Shown here: one piece after another, positions 60,937-64,000 of the stretch
Numbering within the stretch: position 1 is the first letter of the stretch
Layout: each line of letters starts with the position of its first letter
Source of the DNA: Syntrophorhabdaceae bacterium
GTDB lineage: Bacteria; Desulfobacterota; Syntrophorhabdia; Syntrophorhabdales; Syntrophorhabdaceae
NCBI GenBank assembly: GCA_963666485.2
Contig: CAXXUO010000002.1
Location: 32,001 to 96,000 of the forward strand
Reading direction: 5' to 3'
Length of the DNA: 64,000 nucleotides
Program-made: the position numbers and the translations under genes
Notes under the pieces: generated by a model
What the model was told of the DNA's origin: nothing
Seen by the model: the letters and a program-made list of their open reading frames with translations, nothing else
Databases searched by the model: none

Positions 60937-61832
60937 GACCGGGCCTCCCGGACATTGACAGTGCGCGAAGAAAGAAGCGCTATTACTCCTTCCGCAAGGG
61001 ATTCATAAATATCCCTGTAGCGGGGTATAGATTCGAGGATGATGTCGCCGCGCGAGTAATGGCGGGCGATATCCGTATCTTCGGGGATGACCGCCAAAAC
61101 GGGAATATCGTTCGCCTCGAGATATGTGTTCAGGGGAATGTAGTCCCCGCTGTGCCTGTTGATGACGACCCCGATCGGAATATCGAGCCACCTTGCAACA
61201 TCTATCGCTATTATGAGGTCGTGCAGACCAAACGGCGTCGGCTCGGTCACCATGATGACGGCATCGGAACCATTGAGAGCGGCTACAACCGGGCATGATG
61301 TTCCCGGTGGAGCGTCCAGTATCTGGAGGTACACATCACGATGACGATCTTTGACTTTCTTGATAAGCGGCACGGCCATTGCTTCCCCGACATTCAATAC
61401 GCCGTGGACAAAGTCAATATTCCCGGCCGCAGTCCCTTCTTCAATAATGCCTATGTCGCGTTGCCCTTCCGTCATGGCGCCTGCCGGGCACAGTGACGTG
61501 CACAACCCACAGCCGTGGCACAAACCGGGAAATATCAGCGTATCTCCGGGCAGGTTAACGATGGCGTGAAATTCGCAGTGCGACCCGCATTCTCCACAAC
61601 TTGTACATCTGCTTTGGTCAACGACAGGCACCATAACCTTCGCGGCACCCGTTTTTCTGATCTGTGGTCTGAGAAAGATATGACCATTTGGCTCCTCGAC
61701 GTCACAATCGAGGTATTGTACATTTTGGCCGGCTTCGGCAAGAAACGCGGCAAGGTTCACGGCTACCGTCGTTTTCCCTGTACCGCCCTTGCCGCTGGCC
61801 AGCGTAATGGTCATACCGGAAACATCGATCAT
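60933..61832 (-). CDS. MinD-like P-loop ATPase with 2x[4Fe-4S] insert
   Basis: ASGKGGTGKTT, DCDVEEPN, CHGCGLC, DAPPGTSCPV, EPTPFGLHDL; start moved to ATG 61832 (ATGA overlap). Confidence 0.9.
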   Translation of the reverse strand: MIDVSGMTITLASGKGGTGKTTVAVNLAAFLAEAGQNVQYLDCDVEEPNGHIFLRPQIRKTGAAKVMVPVVDQSRCTSCGECGSHCEFHAIVNLPGDTLIFPGLCHGCGLCTSLCPAGAMTEGQRDIGIIEEGTAAGNIDFVHGVLNVGEAMAVPLIKKVKDRHRDVYLQILDAPPGTSCPVVAALNGSDAVIMVTEPTPFGLHDLIIAIDVARWLDIPIGVVINRHSGDYIPLNTYLEANDIPVLAVIPEDTDIARHYSRGDIILESIPRYRDIYESLAEGVIALLSSRTVNVREARS

Positions 61833-62077
61833 AACGCCCTCACCATTTTTGTCCCGCATTGTGGGCATACCTGTTCAAAGCAGGGGACACCCCGCACATG
61901 CGGGGCCCGTGTTCCGCATTGCGGGCACTCGCATTCACCCTGGGTTCCCGTACCCCGGCCTCCCATTCGGCCTCGTCCGGTCCCTGATCCGCCTGCTGCG
62001 TTGGCTGCACCGCGACCGGCGCCCTGCCCCTTCACAGGCCCTTTTCCCAATGGCCCTGTCCCATCTTTACCTGGCAT
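61829..62077 (-). CDS. DUF5320-like Gly-rich protein with Cys knuckles
   Basis: MPGKDGTGPLGKGP..G.G.GRG; CECPQCG..H.RGVPC....CPQCG; start ATG 62077 behind AGGAGGT. Confidence 0.8.
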   Translation of the reverse strand: MPGKDGTGPLGKGPVKGQGAGRGAANAAGGSGTGRGRMGGRGTGTQGECECPQCGTRAPHVRGVPCFEQVCPQCGTKMVRAL

Positions 62078-62105
62078 GATACATACCTCCTTTTTACCCT
62101 TCCGG

Positions 62106-63014
62106 CTATTCTCCCCGCACAATGGGTGCAGAAGGGTCTCGACACCATTCTTCTATGGAGCCATCGAAGATCGACACCTTTTCATAACCGAGCACTTCGC
62201 TCAACATGAACCACCATGTCGGTGAGAATTTGCCGGTGCAACACAAAAGAACGATCTCTTTTTTTCTGTCCGTTCCGACAACCCTCGCTGCTTGCCCGGC
62301 GATTTGTTTCCGGTCCGCATACGTTCCGTCTTTGTTAAAAGCGAGGGTGTAAGGCAGATTCACGCTTCCCGGTATATGTCCTTGTCTGGCTGCACCGGGG
62401 TCCTTCACTTCACCGGTGAAGTAACTGTGTAATCTCGTATCGACAATGGCTGCGCGCCGCATTTTTTCCTTCAGGCAGTCTTTCGAGCACAGGACCTTTT
62501 CGTTCCATTTGCAGCAAAAAGGTCGCGGCGCGGCCTTCACCCATCCCTTTTCCACGGGATTTCCTTCGCCAATCCAGCGTGCATATCCGCCGTCGAGAAT
62601 TGCGATTGTCGATATCCCGGCATATTTCATGGTCCATGCGACCCGTGCGGGATGCGCCCGGTCAAGGTCGGTTTCGGTCTTGCCGGCAATGACAACGATG
62701 CTGTCCGGCCCAATACCCACCGAACTTAGGTTTTCTTCTATATCATCCTTCGGAGGAAGCTGACATGAAATGCCTTTCTCCATAGTTCGCCAGGCATTAT
62801 ACGTCAGGCTAACGGACCCGGGTATATGACCTTCCCTGTATTCCTCAACTTTCCTGATATCAACGACGACGAGGCCGGAAGTACCCTTATTTTTCACCAG
62901 CCATTGCGCCGTTACAACCGAAGGTATTATTTCCGTTGGATATGCTTTGGGCGCATTCACTGAGCTCGCGAGCAACAGAGCTATTACCATTGAAACAATA
63001 GCCAGGTATTTCAT
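62106..63014 (-). CDS. exported tandem-rhodanese sulfurtransferase
   Basis: Signal peptide, VDIR..EY.EGHIPG, LDGGY..W, GHIPGS, LCCTG, FDGSIEEW. Confidence 0.88.
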   Translation of the reverse strand: MKYLAIVSMVIALLLASSVNAPKAYPTEIIPSVVTAQWLVKNKGTSGLVVVDIRKVEEYREGHIPGSVSLTYNAWRTMEKGISCQLPPKDDIEENLSSVGIGPDSIVVIAGKTETDLDRAHPARVAWTMKYAGISTIAILDGGYARWIGEGNPVEKGWVKAAPRPFCCKWNEKVLCSKDCLKEKMRRAAIVDTRLHSYFTGEVKDPGAARQGHIPGSVNLPYTLAFNKDGTYADRKQIAGQAARVVGTDRKKEIVLLCCTGKFSPTWWFMLSEVLGYEKVSIFDGSIEEWCRDPSAPIVRGE

Positions 63015-63077
63015 GATCCCTCCCTGTGCTGATCATCATTCCTCGAATTGTCTCGATATTGTGCCATGGCTTTAATC

Positions 63078-63845
63078 TCACCAGTGTCCCTCGACGTCGG
63101 CACCGGAGAGTTTGGAAAGTTTCCCGTTCCTGTACGAGTCGATAGCTTCCCGGACGGTCATGTTCGTTGCCGTGAAAACATCGACGCCTGCTGCCGACAA
63201 GACACGGAAGGCGTTGGGCCCGAGATGCCCGCTTATGACCGTCTTCGCACCGGCATTGATAACATTTTGAGCTGTCTGGATACCGGCCCCCTGGGCTGCA
63301 TTCATATTTTGGATATTTTCAAATATGTCCTGTGTTTGAGTTTCCGGGTTAAAGACAAGTATCTTCTTTGCCCGTCCAAAGCGCTCGTCAACCATACCGT
63401 CGAACGCGCCATCTGCACTGGTTATCGCTATTTTCATAGATTCTCCTTCTTGTGTTCCTTCCGAGAGAGATTGGGCGGCCTGTGCAACAGCTTCAGCCGA
63501 AGCACACCCTTCACCCCAATCCTTTCGCCATCGGCAGGGGCGTACCATTTCCTCCCGGAACGCTACGTTTCCCCCTTCGATCCTGAGCGCCTTGCCGTTT
63601 ATCACGGCATCAGCTATCTTTTGATGGGCCGTATTGATGAGACGATGAAATGTAGGCTGGGAGACCTCCATTTGCGCGGCCGCTTTTTCCTGCGGGTACC
63701 CGAGAAGGTCTTTCAGCCGCATGGCTTCCACTTCATCCTGCCCGATCACGATTTCACGAATATCCCCGAGAGGAATGCCGGCTGGCTTAAAGTAGATCGT
63801 TTTCGGCTGGAAACCGATTCGCCTCTTACAGGTTCGTCTTGGCAT
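63078..63845 (-). CDS. DUF134 HTH protein fused to a NifB/NifX-like domain
   Basis: MPRR..R, YFKPAG, EAMRLKD..QEKAA..MEVSQPTF; then MKIAI..RFGRA..GAGIQTAQ..GPNAF. Confidence 0.88.
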   Translation of the reverse strand: MPRRTCKRRIGFQPKTIYFKPAGIPLGDIREIVIGQDEVEAMRLKDLLGYPQEKAAAQMEVSQPTFHRLINTAHQKIADAVINGKALRIEGGNVAFREEMVRPCRWRKDWGEGCASAEAVAQAAQSLSEGTQEGESMKIAITSADGAFDGMVDERFGRAKKILVFNPETQTQDIFENIQNMNAAQGAGIQTAQNVINAGAKTVISGHLGPNAFRVLSAAGVDVFTATNMTVREAIDSYRNGKLSKLSGADVEGHW

Positions 63846-63866
63846 ATGTGTTATCTCCTTCTATAA

Positions 63867-63922
63867 ATGAATATATATTCATATTGAACTCTTGTCAATA
63901 AAAATTATGAATATAAATTCAC
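63867..63922 (-). promoter_or_regulatory. sigma-70 promoter with two palindromic operators
   Basis: Minus strand TTGACA(63898)-17 bp-TATATT; ATGAATATATATTCAT (63867, perfect palindrome) and ATGAATATAAATTCAC (63907). Confidence 0.75.
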
Positions 63923-63988
63923 AATAAACTAGGTTATACTCTACGCGATATACAGTCTGACCAAATGATTTTAGATAAAGGAGACAGC

Positions 63989-64000
63989 ATGGATTACCAA
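63989..64000 (+). CDS. start of a divergent gene (runs off window)
   Basis: AAGGAG SD followed by ATG GAT TAC CAA. Confidence 0.45.

Noticed and set aside
58338..63845. Nitrogen fixation cluster
   Set aside because: NifU- and NifX-like domains are present but there is no nifHDK/ENB; the arrangement matches Orp-type clusters

Overview
This is a GC-rich chromosomal segment, most likely from an anaerobic Desulfobacterota ('deltaproteobacterial') syntroph of Syntrophorhabdus-like gene content; the taxonomy is inferred from gene content only. From left to right it contains: a sigma-54 stress operon (stand-alone HATPase, 2 USPs, ferredoxin, class II SOR-like, DUF488) with its NtrC-type activator; a Zn-ADH, an FKBP and an S1 paralogue; a complete hdrCBA-flxDCBA bifurcation cluster; a TetR-TolC-HlyD-ABC exporter; a sigma-54 benzoate-CoA-ligase operon with an uncalled 51-aa ORF and an internally repeated membrane protein; mlaEFDCA, whose MlaF carries a degenerate GGDEF domain; a J-domain/MinD-FlhG fusion, PAC2, aspA and a dicarboxylate symporter; and tRNA-Arg(ACG). 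After the tRNA comes a probable island with a heavily frameshifted RND efflux operon and an Orp-like (Mrp/NifX/4Fe-4S ATPase) cluster extended with sulfur-relay genes. Intergenic DNA up to 46 kb is dense in paired inverted 7-mer arrays that bracket CGTC-type REP hairpins, usually right at stop codons. None were seen after the tRNA. No CRISPR array, rRNA, integrase or transposase is visible.
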